Source: an uncultured Myxococcales bacterium
GTDB taxonomy: Bacteria > Myxococcota_A > Polyangia > Palsa-1104 > JAEUJZ01
Assembly (NCBI GenBank): GCA_964460115.1
Contig: CAYWPR010000029.1
Span: 4,131-68,130 of the forward strand
Reading direction: 5' to 3'
Length of the DNA stretch: 64,000 nt
The notes under the pieces are model-generated. The model searched no databases. It saw only the letters and a program-made list of their open reading frames with translations, and was not told the DNA's origin. Made by a program: the position numbers and the translations under genes. This document shows positions 16,963 to 26,681 of the stretch, one piece after another. The stretch's first letter is position 1. Every line of letters begins with the position of its first letter.

Positions 16963-17052
16963 GAATGTAGATACAAACTGCCGAAATTTTTGCCGTCAAG
17001 CAAGATGCGACGCGAAGCAGCCAATTGCGTCGCTTCATGGTATGTACGCAGC

Positions 17053-17961
17053 ATGGATGATCGTGAATTCGCAAGTTCGGACTTCATCTTTGACGTCACC
17101 ACGGAGGATTTTCAAACCCAGGTACTTGATCGTTCGCAACAAGTGCCGGTGGTCGTCGATTTCTGGGCCGCTTGGTGTGGTCCCTGCCGCATGCTGGGTC
17201 CGGTGCTGGAACGATCCATTTCGATGCTCGGCGGTCGAGTTTGCCTGGCCAAAGTAGATACCGACAAGCAGCCGCGGCTGGCGCAGCAGTTTCGCATCTC
17301 GGGCATTCCCGCGGTCAAAGCCTTTTTCAAGGGACGCGTCGTCAACGAATTTATTGGGGCTCGCGATCAGCGCTTTGTCGCCACTTTTTTGGAATCTCTC
17401 ATCCCGTCTCCAACCGCACAAGCCATGGAACAAGCCACGGCGCTGCTTGCCGAGCGCAATTTTGCCGAAGCGGCCAGCGTTTTAAAGCCGCTGCTCAATG
17501 AACAGACCGAATCAGCAGACAGTCAGGGCCTTAGCGAAGAAAAGCGCCGCCAATTGCGCCTGCTTTTGGCCGAGGTTTATCTTGGCCTAGGTCAAAAGCA
17601 CGACGCCGAAGTGCTGCCGCTTTTAGACGCCCTCGATCCGCGCAGCACCGAAGCCGAGCGTGCCGAAATTCTGCGCCAGGTGCTGGCCTTTTTTCAAAAT
17701 GCCAATGCCGCCCGCGGCGACGAGACAGAGCGTTTGGCCAGCCGCGAAGATGACGCCGAAGCGCGATTTGTTTTGGCCGCGCAGCTAGCTCGCCGCGGCG
17801 ACTACTCGGCCAGTTTCGAGCACCTGCTGTGGCTTATCGCCAACCAGCGCGGCTTTCGCGATGACGCGGCCAAAAAAGCCATGCTCGCTTTGTTTCAGTA
17901 CCTGGGCTCTGAGCACTCAGATGTACGCGAATATAGGCGCCGTCTGCAGGTGATTTTGTAG
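17053..17961 (+). CDS. Thioredoxin-domain protein with C-terminal TPR region (CnoX/YbbN-like chaperedoxin)
   Basis: WCGPC active site with a canonical thioredoxin fold, then TPR-like helices. The track ORF begins at 16507, but that 5' part overlaps the FtsQ-like gene, so ATG 17053 (MDDREF) was chosen. Confidence 0.7.
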   Translation: MDDREFASSDFIFDVTTEDFQTQVLDRSQQVPVVVDFWAAWCGPCRMLGPVLERSISMLGGRVCLAKVDTDKQPRLAQQFRISGIPAVKAFFKGRVVNEFIGARDQRFVATFLESLIPSPTAQAMEQATALLAERNFAEAASVLKPLLNEQTESADSQGLSEEKRRQLRLLLAEVYLGLGQKHDAEVLPLLDALDPRSTEAERAEILRQVLAFFQNANAARGDETERLASREDDAEARFVLAAQLARRGDYSASFEHLLWLIANQRGFRDDAAKKAMLALFQYLGSEHSDVREYRRRLQVIL

Positions 17962-17964
17962 CCG

Positions 17965-18261
17965 ATGACTTGGTACCAAGCGGAGGTCATCGTTCGGCCG
18001 CGTCCCGGGGTACGCGATCCGCAAGCCGACGCCGTCGGCGAAGTGCTGCGCGGCCTGGCCCCGGCACAGGACCAAGCAAAAAACGGCCGGCTGCACGTCG
18101 ATTGCGTCGGTCGTTATTTGCGCCTTTTTCTCGAAGCCGAATTCGAAGCGCCGGCGCGCGCTCGCATCGAATCCCTATGTCGCGAGCTGCTCGTCAATCC
18201 CCACCTTGAAGTCTTTCAGTTCACGGTGGAGCCATGCTCACCCCCCCAAGCGCTGCCGTAG
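17965..18261 (+). CDS. purS: Phosphoribosylformylglycinamidine synthase subunit PurS
   Basis: 98 aa. MTWYQAEVIVRPRPGVRDPQADAV matches the PurS pattern. Lies 3 bp after the trx gene. Confidence 0.8.
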   Translation: MTWYQAEVIVRPRPGVRDPQADAVGEVLRGLAPAQDQAKNGRLHVDCVGRYLRLFLEAEFEAPARARIESLCRELLVNPHLEVFQFTVEPCSPPQALP

Positions 18262-21137
18262 TCGTTTTTCCGGGCAGCCATGGCCACCGTGACCTTTTTG
18301 AGGCCCTGGCCTTGGCCGGATTCGCGCCGCACTATCACCCTGCAGCCGAGCCGCTGCGCAAGGATTTGGCCTTGGTGGGCTTGCCCGGCGGCTTTGCCTA
18401 TGGCGACTACTGGCGCGCCGGCGTTCTGGCCAGCCGCGCTGCCGCGGTCCGTGACTTGCCGGACTTTGTCGCGCAAGGCGGTTTGGTGCTGGGAATTTGC
18501 AATGGCTTTCAGATTCTGATTGAAGGCGGACTTTTGCCGGGAGCGCTTTGCGTCAACGACCCGCCGGGCTTTGTGCACCGTTTTGACGAAATCGTCGTGA
18601 CCTCCGCTGCCGCCCGCAGTCCGTGGTTTGTCGAGCAAAAAGTCGGCACGCGGCTGCGCTGGCCCATTGCTCATGGTCAAGGCCGTTATGTTCACTGCGA
18701 TGCTCCGGCAAATTTTTTGGACCGCGTGCCGCTGCTCTATCGCCAAAATCCCAACGGGTCTTTGCTGAATACGGCCGCGCTGCTCGATGAAACCGGACGC
18801 GTGCTCGGCGTCATGCCGCATCCAGAGCGGGCCATCGATTCCCTGCTCGGCAGTACCGATGGACTGCCGCTGTTTCAGGCGGCGTATCGTTATTGCATCG
18901 CTCAGGCGGCTTTGGCCCATCGGCCCGCCGTGGTGGCAATGGCGAATTGCCGTCTGCAAGTTTTCCTGCCCGCGGTCGATCTGCAAGCGATTGAAGCGGC
19001 GCTTTTGCGCAAGCCCAATTTGGCCGAGCAAGCCGTCTTTGCCGGCATGTGGAGCGAGCACTGCTCGTATCGCTCGACCCGCCACCTTTTAAAAACCCTG
19101 CCGCAAAGCGGTTCGGCGCTTCTTGCCGGACCGGGGGCGCACGCCGGGGTGGTGCAGGTGGGCGATGGCTGGGCCGTTGCGTTTAAAATCGAAAGCCACA
19201 ACCATCCCAGCGCGATTGAGCCTTATGAAGGCGCCGCCACCGGAGTCGGCGGAATTCTGCGCGACATCGTTGCCGCCGGCGCCCGTCCCTGCGCCCTTTT
19301 AGACTCGCTGTGTTTTGGGGGAGCGCCCGACCCGATAGACCCGATAAACGGCGAATTTCGCCCAGAGCGGCGCCTTGTAGACGGAATCATCGCCGGCATC
19401 GCTGGCTACGGCAATTCCATCGGCATTCCCAATGTCGGGGGCCGGACGGTATTTGACGCGCGCTATACCCAAAGTCCGCTCGTCAACGTGCTTGCCGCCG
19501 GACTTTTGCGCCCGGGCAAGCTGCGCAGCGCCCGGGCCCATGGGCCAGGCAATGCCGTTTTGTACGTCGGCGCGGCCACCGGACGCGACGGCCTTCTTGG
19601 GGCTGCATTTGCCTCCAATCCTTTGGACCACGGCGCAAGCAGTTTGCGCAGCGAGAAGCGGCTTTATGTACAGGTCGGCGACCCTTTTGCCGGCCAGCGC
19701 CTAATGAACGCGTGCTTGTCTTTTGATGCTGATTTGGGCCTTATCGCCAATCAGGATTTGGGCGCCTGCGGCTTGGCCTGCGCAGCCAGCGAAATGGCCG
19801 CCCTTGGCGAAGTCGGCATCGAGCTATGTCTAGACGCCATTCCGCTGCGCGAGCCCGATTTGGAAGCCGTCGAAATTCTGCTTTCCGAATCGCAAGAGCG
19901 CTTTTTATTCATCGTCCAAAGCGGCTATGAACAGGCCGCGCTGGCTCACTTTGGTCGCCACGGAGTGTTCGCCGCGGTCATCGGCCGAATTACCAGCGAT
20001 GGCCTGCTGCGCGCCCGCCATCGCGGCCTTAGCTGGGTCGAGCTGCCCGCGCGGCTTTTGACTTCCGCGCCGCCCAGTCACTGGCCGGTGGCGCAGGATT
20101 TGCCGCCACCTATCGAGCTGCCGCCCTTTGCGCCGCCTTTTTCCCTGGGCCACGAACTTTTGCGGCTGCTCGCCGATAAAGACATCGCCGATCAGTCGGC
20201 ACTATACGACCGCTTCGATCACACCGTTGGCAACCGCACCGTTCGCGGTCCGCAGCAGGCCACGGCGGCCGTGCTGCGCCTGCCCGATAGCCGGCGCGGC
20301 TTTGCCCTGACCTTAACCGGCCGCGGCGCCTACTGCGCTGTCGATCCATATTTAGGCACGCAGGCGGCTGTCGCCGAAGCGCTGCGCGATTTGGCCTGCG
20401 CCGGAGCCAGCATGATCGCCATCAGCGACGGCCTAAACGCTGGATCGCCGCGCGATCCGCTGGAACATTTGCGCCTTGTTCGCGTCATTTCTGGCCTAGG
20501 CGATGCAGCCCGGCAACTAAACGTGCCAATCAGCGGCGGCAATGTGTCCCTGTACAATGAATCCCCCATCGGGGCGATTCCGCCGACTCCCATGGTTGGG
20601 GCCATTGGCGTTATCGACGACCTTGGTGCCGTTCCGGCTGCGGCGCTTGGATCCGGACAGGATCTGTGCCTTCTCGGCGATTTGCACAGCCAGCCGGTGT
20701 ACTCGCGGTATTCCGCAAACCGCAGCGCTATGCCGACCGCCGGACGCGTTCACGTCGATCTGGAAGCCGAAAAGCGATTGGCGGCGCTGCTTGTGCAGCA
20801 GGCGCCGCTTGTGCGCGCTGCGCAAGGTACGGGACTTGGCGGTTTGCTTGTGGCCTTAAGCAAACTGTGTATGCGCGGCCAATGCGGAGCCAAAGTGACC
20901 CTGCCGCTTATCCCACGGCCCGATTGGTCGCTTTTTGGCGAGTACGCTGCCCAAGCTTGGGTTGCCATGAACAAAGAGGACACAGCGGCTTTTTCCGCCG
21001 CCGCTGCCAAAGCCGGCACCCCCTGTTTCTTGGCGGGCCGCGCCGAATCGGATCGACTGCAGGTGTACGCCGGCGCAGAGCTGCTTGTAGATGTGCCGCT
21101 GACCATCCTTTTTTCTGCTTGGAAGGACCGCATTTAG
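18234..21137 (+). CDS. purL: Fused PurQ-PurL (FGAM synthase glutaminase plus synthetase subunits in one 967-aa polypeptide)
   Basis: N-terminal AVVVFPGSHGHRD, GICNGFQ and MPHPER (PurQ triad region). MWSEHCSY follows about 25 aa later, then full-length PurL. No stop between the two parts. Confidence 0.8.
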   Translation: MLTPPSAAVVVFPGSHGHRDLFEALALAGFAPHYHPAAEPLRKDLALVGLPGGFAYGDYWRAGVLASRAAAVRDLPDFVAQGGLVLGICNGFQILIEGGLLPGALCVNDPPGFVHRFDEIVVTSAAARSPWFVEQKVGTRLRWPIAHGQGRYVHCDAPANFLDRVPLLYRQNPNGSLLNTAALLDETGRVLGVMPHPERAIDSLLGSTDGLPLFQAAYRYCIAQAALAHRPAVVAMANCRLQVFLPAVDLQAIEAALLRKPNLAEQAVFAGMWSEHCSYRSTRHLLKTLPQSGSALLAGPGAHAGVVQVGDGWAVAFKIESHNHPSAIEPYEGAATGVGGILRDIVAAGARPCALLDSLCFGGAPDPIDPINGEFRPERRLVDGIIAGIAGYGNSIGIPNVGGRTVFDARYTQSPLVNVLAAGLLRPGKLRSARAHGPGNAVLYVGAATGRDGLLGAAFASNPLDHGASSLRSEKRLYVQVGDPFAGQRLMNACLSFDADLGLIANQDLGACGLACAASEMAALGEVGIELCLDAIPLREPDLEAVEILLSESQERFLFIVQSGYEQAALAHFGRHGVFAAVIGRITSDGLLRARHRGLSWVELPARLLTSAPPSHWPVAQDLPPPIELPPFAPPFSLGHELLRLLADKDIADQSALYDRFDHTVGNRTVRGPQQATAAVLRLPDSRRGFALTLTGRGAYCAVDPYLGTQAAVAEALRDLACAGASMIAISDGLNAGSPRDPLEHLRLVRVISGLGDAARQLNVPISGGNVSLYNESPIGAIPPTPMVGAIGVIDDLGAVPAAALGSGQDLCLLGDLHSQPVYSRYSANRSAMPTAGRVHVDLEAEKRLAALLVQQAPLVRAAQGTGLGGLLVALSKLCMRGQCGAKVTLPLIPRPDWSLFGEYAAQAWVAMNKEDTAAFSAAAAKAGTPCFLAGRAESDRLQVYAGAELLVDVPLTILFSAWKDRI

Positions 21138-22496
21138 ATGTGCGGAGTGGTGGGCGTATACACATCCAAGCTTGCTGCTGCGCCGCTGGTTCTGCGCGCT
21201 TTGCATGCGCTGCAGCATCGCGGTCAGGAAGCGGCAGGCATCGTTTCGGTCGATGACAACGGACGACTGGAAGAATTGCGCGGGCGCGGGCTTGTCGAAA
21301 AAGCTGTGCCTACGCCTTTGGCCCTGGCTTTGGCCGGCAACCGCGCGGTCGGCCATGCGCGTTATTCGACGGTTGCGCGCGATCACGCCGACAATGTTCA
21401 GCCTTTTGTCACAAGCACTCCTTTTGGCACGCTGGCCCTTTGTCATAACGGCAATTTGAAAAACGCCCCCAGGCTACTGCGCGAGCTTGTGCAACAAGGT
21501 GTGGTCCTAAAGACCACAATGGATACCGAGCTACTTGCCCATTTGCTGTGCCGCGCCAGCGCCTCGGATTTTTCGACGGCGCTGGCTCAAGCCATGGGCT
21601 GCGCAGTCGGGGCTTATACGTTGACGATGCTCGTTGGCAACCGGCTGTTTGGACTGCGCGATCCGCACGGCTTAAGACCGCTTGTGCTAGGACGCTTGCC
21701 GCAAGGGCAGGGCATGGTTTTGGCCTCTGAGACCTGCGCGCTACAAACGCTAGAAGCCGAATATCTGCGCGAGGTGGCCCCCGGCGAATTGATTGAAATC
21801 GGACCCGCAGGCTGGCAATCGACGCAGCTTCTGCCGCCCAAAAAGCCGGCGCCGTGCGTGTTTGAGCTGGTCTATTTTGCGCGGCCAAGTTCGCAGGTAT
21901 TTGGGCAAAGTGTGCAAAGCGCCCGTCTGCGCATGGGCGAAGAGCTAGCCCGCCTCGATCAAAGCTTTTCCGGTCCGCGCCCCGATGTCGTTGTACCGAT
22001 TCCTCAGTCTGGAATGGATGCGGCCATCGGCTACGCCCGCGAAAGCGGCTTGCCGCTGGATGAGGCCATCACGTGCAGCGATGAATACAGCCATTTGCGT
22101 ACGTTTATTCAGCCCAAGCCCGCCGCTCGCGAGCAGGGCGTGCGCGGCAAATTTTCCCAGGTGCGCAATACTTTGTTCGGCAAGCGCGTGCTTTTGGTCG
22201 ATGATTCGCTAGTGCGCGGTCACACCGCGCGGCAACTGGTGCAGCAAGTACGGGCCGCCGGTGCCCGCGCCGTGTCGATGCGCATTGCCTCGCCCCCAAT
22301 CGCCTGGCCCTGTTATCTGGGCATTGATATGCCGAGTCGTACAGAGCTTATCATCAACCAGCAGGGCAGCTTGGCAGAGGTGGCACGCCATATAGGTGTC
22401 GAGGATCTGCGCTATCTAGACCTTGAGGGACTGCGTCGCGCTGTGGGGGGCGCAGCCTTTTGCATGGGATGCATGACCGGCCGCTATCCTGTTTAG
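21138..22496 (+). CDS. purF: Amidophosphoribosyltransferase
   Basis: MCGVVG N-terminal nucleophile. PRTase motif VLLVDDSLVRGHT. 452 aa. Confidence 0.9.
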   Translation: MCGVVGVYTSKLAAAPLVLRALHALQHRGQEAAGIVSVDDNGRLEELRGRGLVEKAVPTPLALALAGNRAVGHARYSTVARDHADNVQPFVTSTPFGTLALCHNGNLKNAPRLLRELVQQGVVLKTTMDTELLAHLLCRASASDFSTALAQAMGCAVGAYTLTMLVGNRLFGLRDPHGLRPLVLGRLPQGQGMVLASETCALQTLEAEYLREVAPGELIEIGPAGWQSTQLLPPKKPAPCVFELVYFARPSSQVFGQSVQSARLRMGEELARLDQSFSGPRPDVVVPIPQSGMDAAIGYARESGLPLDEAITCSDEYSHLRTFIQPKPAAREQGVRGKFSQVRNTLFGKRVLLVDDSLVRGHTARQLVQQVRAAGARAVSMRIASPPIAWPCYLGIDMPSRTELIINQQGSLAEVARHIGVEDLRYLDLEGLRRAVGGAAFCMGCMTGRYPV

Positions 22497-22782
22497 AAGG
22501 GCCTTGTAAGTCTGACTCGCATCTCGATCACAAGGCACGCTAAGTGGGTGTATTTTTTGTGAAACAATTTTTGTAATTTTCCTTAAAAAATATCCTGTAG
22601 AACTATCCCAGCACTTGGAATCGCAGCCTGCTTTCTGGGCGCTTTACCAAGGCGATCGCAGCGCAGCCACCAAACCAGTTGTCGCACTGCCGAGCCTCTA
22701 TCCATGCCATCCCAAGCGGACGGCTGATACGGAAAGCTATGTGTTGCCGTACCAGCAAAACCGTTCAAGAAAGGACTCCATC

Positions 22783-24759
22783 ATGTCTAGCAATGATTCG
22801 ACTGTAACGACCGATTTGGTCTTCTGGGATCCCTCTGGCTATCGCTTCAACAGCGCCACCGATTGGAACCAGTGGCACTACGTCTCGGACGGGCTGGGGG
22901 GGAAAATCGGCATCCGCTTTGGGGTCATGCCCGGCTACGGCACTTTCAATTGGGACAGCTTTGGCGGCAAAGCGCCGGCCGGTTCGATGAGCGACAACTT
23001 CGGAACCACCTCGTTTGGAAAAAACGAGATGACCGGCTTTACGGCGAAAAGCGTCAACGCGGTTCGTATGCAGACAAATGGACAGTTCACCGCGGCGCAA
23101 AACGGTTACACCATCGAGCTCGATTTCTCGCAATACAAAGGTTCCGCCGCTGGTGGTAAGGACGGTGTCGCGGGCGCCAATACTTTCATCGGCGTCAGCG
23201 ATATCTACGCCGGGCTGACCTATGCCAAGACCGTTGTTACCATCACCGGCACTCATGCCGATGGTAGCGCCGCCAGTGCGGCCGGCTGGACGCTGGTCAA
23301 CGGCGGCACTGTCCCTCCCTCGGGCGGCGGCAACCAGCCGAGCGCGCAGCTAAGCCTGCAAAACGGTGTGCTTCAGGGCACAAATAAGCCGGCGCCCGGT
23401 GGGGCTGCTAACTCGATCGATACCGTGATGGGGCTCGTTCGGCTCGACGCGGCCGGCTATAAGACGCTGCATCTGCGTTACGACATCTCTCCGGTCGGCG
23501 GCAATCGCGCGCCGCGCACCGACAATTCGGGGCTGTATGTCGCGACCGCTGTTCCTCACAAAGTGGAGCCGCCCAAAGTGGAGCCGCCCGCAGTCGAACC
23601 GCCCAAAGTGGAGCCGCCCAAGGCCCGTCCGTGCGCTCCAGCAGCGCCGGTTGTTCCCTCGCATACGATTGTCGATGGTCCTGCTCAAAGCCAAGAGAAA
23701 GTCGCGGGCAAAAAGACCAGCTACACTTTTACGACGCGAAATCCCGATGGCTCGATTGCCGGCAAGGGTTGCTTTACCTATGAGACTTCTGCCGATGGCG
23801 GTCCGGCGAAGCTGGCGGCGTTTTACTACAACGACAAGACGATCGGAACCATCGATCAAAGCTACGTCCAGACCTTCCAATTTCAGCAAGACGCCAAGGG
23901 CGGAAATCGCTTTGCGTTCGTCGCGGCCAGCCCGACCGAGCGCCTGTGCAGCCTACACGTCGACACCAGTTTGGCGGCGCAGCTTACCGGCATCGGCGGC
24001 GAGGGACCGCAAGGCTATCACGGCAAGACGATCGACTTTCCCAAACTCGCCGAAGGGACCACGACGACCACGGAAAGCACCACCATTCCGGCCGTCGATC
24101 TGGTGGTGGTCATCGATTCCAGCGTCTCGATGAAGGACGAGGCGGATTCACTAAGCCAAGCTGTCGCGGCCGCCATCGAATCAGCCAAGACCAAATGTCC
24201 TTCTGATCTACGCGTCACCTACCTGGGAATTGAAGGGACGTTTAAGAACACGCGCTTTGATACCACGGTCAAAAACTATCTGGTTGGCACCGCCAAGGCC
24301 GATGAAAGTGCACTGCGCGGACGCAAAAAGGGCAGCGTGGCCGGCGGCGGCGCCCAAGAAGACGGAGCGCGCGCCATCGAAGATGTGACCGGTCATTTTG
24401 ACTGGCGGCAAGACGCCAAGCGCGCCATTTTCTACCTGGGCGATGAGGCCTTCGAGGGCGGCGGCGCGGACATCGACAAAGACGATACCGAAGCTGCCAA
24501 TCGCGCGATTGCGCTGGCCAAGGACAAATCAGTTCGCGTCCACACCTACCTTGGCACAAGTGGCGCTAAAGAGAAGCAGCGCAAAGCCCTGGAAGCGGAA
24601 TACGCCCGCGTAGCCAACGAGACCGGCGGTCAGTCATTCACCTCGCAAGACGCGCTGAATGGCTTTCAGTCGATGCTTGAGAAGGTCATCTGCGGCAGCA
24701 AGCAAAGCCAAAGCACGACGACGGACTTCTGCTGCTGCCAGGAATACGTAGAGAAATAG
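22783..24759 (+). CDS. von Willebrand factor A (vWA) domain protein with internal PKVEPP tandem repeats and no signal peptide
   Basis: MIDAS motif DLVVVIDSSVSM. 15-bp repeats encode (K/A)VEPP x4 at 23567-23626. aagga RBS 8 nt before ATG 22783. AT-rich promoter-like tract 22540-22620. Confidence 0.7.
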   Translation: MSSNDSTVTTDLVFWDPSGYRFNSATDWNQWHYVSDGLGGKIGIRFGVMPGYGTFNWDSFGGKAPAGSMSDNFGTTSFGKNEMTGFTAKSVNAVRMQTNGQFTAAQNGYTIELDFSQYKGSAAGGKDGVAGANTFIGVSDIYAGLTYAKTVVTITGTHADGSAASAAGWTLVNGGTVPPSGGGNQPSAQLSLQNGVLQGTNKPAPGGAANSIDTVMGLVRLDAAGYKTLHLRYDISPVGGNRAPRTDNSGLYVATAVPHKVEPPKVEPPAVEPPKVEPPKARPCAPAAPVVPSHTIVDGPAQSQEKVAGKKTSYTFTTRNPDGSIAGKGCFTYETSADGGPAKLAAFYYNDKTIGTIDQSYVQTFQFQQDAKGGNRFAFVAASPTERLCSLHVDTSLAAQLTGIGGEGPQGYHGKTIDFPKLAEGTTTTTESTTIPAVDLVVVIDSSVSMKDEADSLSQAVAAAIESAKTKCPSDLRVTYLGIEGTFKNTRFDTTVKNYLVGTAKADESALRGRKKGSVAGGGAQEDGARAIEDVTGHFDWRQDAKRAIFYLGDEAFEGGGADIDKDDTEAANRAIALAKDKSVRVHTYLGTSGAKEKQRKALEAEYARVANETGGQSFTSQDALNGFQSMLEKVICGSKQSQSTTTDFCCCQEYVEK

Positions 24760-24789
24760 GAATTCCGCCTTCACGGATCCGTAAGCAGC

Positions 24790-24823
24790 CGGCGCCGACT
24801 TTTCGGTGACGAAGTCGGCGCCG
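24790..24823 (+). terminator. 12-bp GC-rich hairpin (cggcgccgactt / aagtcggcgccg) after the vWA gene stop
   Basis: Perfect inverted repeat with a 10-nt loop. No U-tract. Confidence 0.4.
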
Positions 24824-24932
24824 CTGCTCTGCTGGCCGCTCCTTGTACGCGCGTCAGAGTTTTTCGCATCTTGGCGCCAATTTCTATGGGCTGACTTGCG
24901 CATGGCGCGCGGTTCCTGCATCTTGCTAGGCC

Positions 24933-26672
24933 GTGTCGATGTTTCGCTTCGTTGCGCCGCCCATGCGGCCATCTGTTTTGTACATTTTTTTCAGCATCAT
25001 CTTTTTCCCGGCCGTGCTACGGGCTGACGAGCTTGCGCAAAAGCTAGAAGACTTTGAGCATCTGCAGGCCGAACTGGCGGCACCCACCACGGGGACGCAG
25101 CGCCGTCTGGCCATCGCGCGAACCGTTGAAAAAATCGATCGCGAGGCGTTTTCTGCCTGCGCGGTTTATTTGGCCCGACCGCTGAAAAGCTCGCCGCTGA
25201 CCATTCAGCGTTTGATCCATGCCATTTGGGGGCAATATCCCAATCCCGAATATCCGCGCGGTCCGGGCAAAGATCCGCCGATGTGGCTTTTGCGCAAAGA
25301 GCCGGTGCCGCCGCCCCCTTCCTATGTACCGGGAATGCCGCGGCCCAAACGTCCCAAGCCGCAAAAGCCGCACGACCCAGAAGCGGTGGACTGGCTTTTG
25401 GATCTGGCCATGCTGAGTGTCGAACCCGCTTCTGCAAGCGATGCGCCGCCGGATTTTTTGGCGGATCTGCCGCTTGCCGACTTGCGCGCGGCCCGGGCCG
25501 AAGCCCTGATGCGTGTCGCCCTTTTGCATGCTCTGGGCAACGCCGGCAAGCAAGGCGAGCGAGAGGCGGTCCTTGCTGTGTTTCAATTCGCCTTTGTCGC
25601 GGACGGATTGTTTCGCGACGAGTGCGGGCGAACCCTGCGCGGCATGGGCGGCAACGCTGTTCCTACGCTGATACGCATTTACAATGACCGCACTCGCGCC
25701 AACGCCAAAATGCGCCGCTATGCCAGCTACCAGCTTGATCGCATGGATCGGCTGCGCCCGCAAAAGGCCATCGCCGCGGCTCCAGATGATGTCGTCCGCG
25801 CCGACATTCTGCATGCTTACGGCGAAGTGCTGGCGCTTGATGCCGTAGAGGCCGTTTTGGCCCAAGTCGGCTCGCGTTCGCACCGCGTTCGGCGCGAGGC
25901 GCGCTGGGCTTGGTTGCGCTATGTCGATGGCCCGCCGCCCCCGCCCGCCCCCAAGCGCAAGCGCAAATTGCCCGGAGGCAAAGAGGAAGCCGAAGAAAAG
26001 GAAGACTACCTAAACTATCGCGAAATGGCGGGACTGGCTTTGAATCAATCCTACGAGCAGCTCTTTGGCCATGCGCCAAATGGCACGCTGACTCCGCGAC
26101 AAGTCACCGACGAAATTTTTGCCTACTATGATCGGCAGCGGGAACAAGAATTCGAGCAAGTCTTTCAGTCTGCTCAGGCGCACGAGCGCGCCGAGTCGAG
26201 CATTGCCGAGCTCACTTTGGCCGTGAATGACTTCGGGTGGATTTTGGCCAACCAGCCGGATCATCCGCGCCGTGCCGAGATGGCCGCGGCCTTTGCCAAG
26301 CTGGGTGAAGCTCTGGCGTATATGGCCGAAAAGCAGGGGGATTCGTCGAATTTGGCGCGCGCGCTTGGACTTTTGCGGCAGGCATTGATCTTGCGACCCG
26401 ATATCGCGAATTTTGTGCAGATTTGTGAACGCATACACCGGCTCGATGGCGCACAAGCGCGTCAGCGCGGCGGCGATGGCAGCGCCGATTTCGCCTCGGC
26501 CGAAGAATGTCTACAGAAAAACCCGTCTGTACAAAGGCTGGCGGCGGATGTGTATGGCAAACTGCCTCAGCGTTTTGGCCATTGGCGTCTTCTATCCGCC
26601 TTGTGCATCTTGTTTGGGCTTAGCGTGGGGGCGCTGGCTTTGGTTCTTGCTCGTCGAAAGAGCGCGCGCTAG
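24933..26672 (+). CDS. Secreted, membrane-anchored hypothetical protein (signal peptide, helical repeats, PPPPAPKRKRK linker, C-terminal TM helix)
   Basis: N-terminal hydrophobic core VLYIFFSIIFFPAVLRA. C-terminal LLSALCILFGLSVGALALVLA followed by RRKSAR. Confidence 0.5.
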   Translation: MSMFRFVAPPMRPSVLYIFFSIIFFPAVLRADELAQKLEDFEHLQAELAAPTTGTQRRLAIARTVEKIDREAFSACAVYLARPLKSSPLTIQRLIHAIWGQYPNPEYPRGPGKDPPMWLLRKEPVPPPPSYVPGMPRPKRPKPQKPHDPEAVDWLLDLAMLSVEPASASDAPPDFLADLPLADLRAARAEALMRVALLHALGNAGKQGEREAVLAVFQFAFVADGLFRDECGRTLRGMGGNAVPTLIRIYNDRTRANAKMRRYASYQLDRMDRLRPQKAIAAAPDDVVRADILHAYGEVLALDAVEAVLAQVGSRSHRVRREARWAWLRYVDGPPPPPAPKRKRKLPGGKEEAEEKEDYLNYREMAGLALNQSYEQLFGHAPNGTLTPRQVTDEIFAYYDRQREQEFEQVFQSAQAHERAESSIAELTLAVNDFGWILANQPDHPRRAEMAAAFAKLGEALAYMAEKQGDSSNLARALGLLRQALILRPDIANFVQICERIHRLDGAQARQRGGDGSADFASAEECLQKNPSVQRLAADVYGKLPQRFGHWRLLSALCILFGLSVGALALVLARRKSAR

Positions 26673-26681
26673 CCTACGATC

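Noticed and set aside
16507-17052. 5' extension of the thioredoxin ORF in the track
   Set aside because: It overlaps the FtsQ-like gene on the other strand by 120 bp. The thioredoxin fold begins after Met 17053.
22596-22625. Possible sigma54 -24/-12 promoter (cttggaatcgcagcctgct) upstream of the vWA gene
   Set aside because: The GG to GC spacing is 11 rather than 10, and the -24 element is TGGAAT rather than TGGCAC. A weak match only.
24761-24780. Adjacent EcoRI (gaattc) and BamHI (ggatcc) sites right after the vWA stop, which might suggest a cloning-vector junction
   Set aside because: Two 6-bp sites within 20 bp can occur by chance. No other vector-like sequence (origins, resistance genes, polylinker) is present. 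Flanking DNA matches the local GC and codon style.
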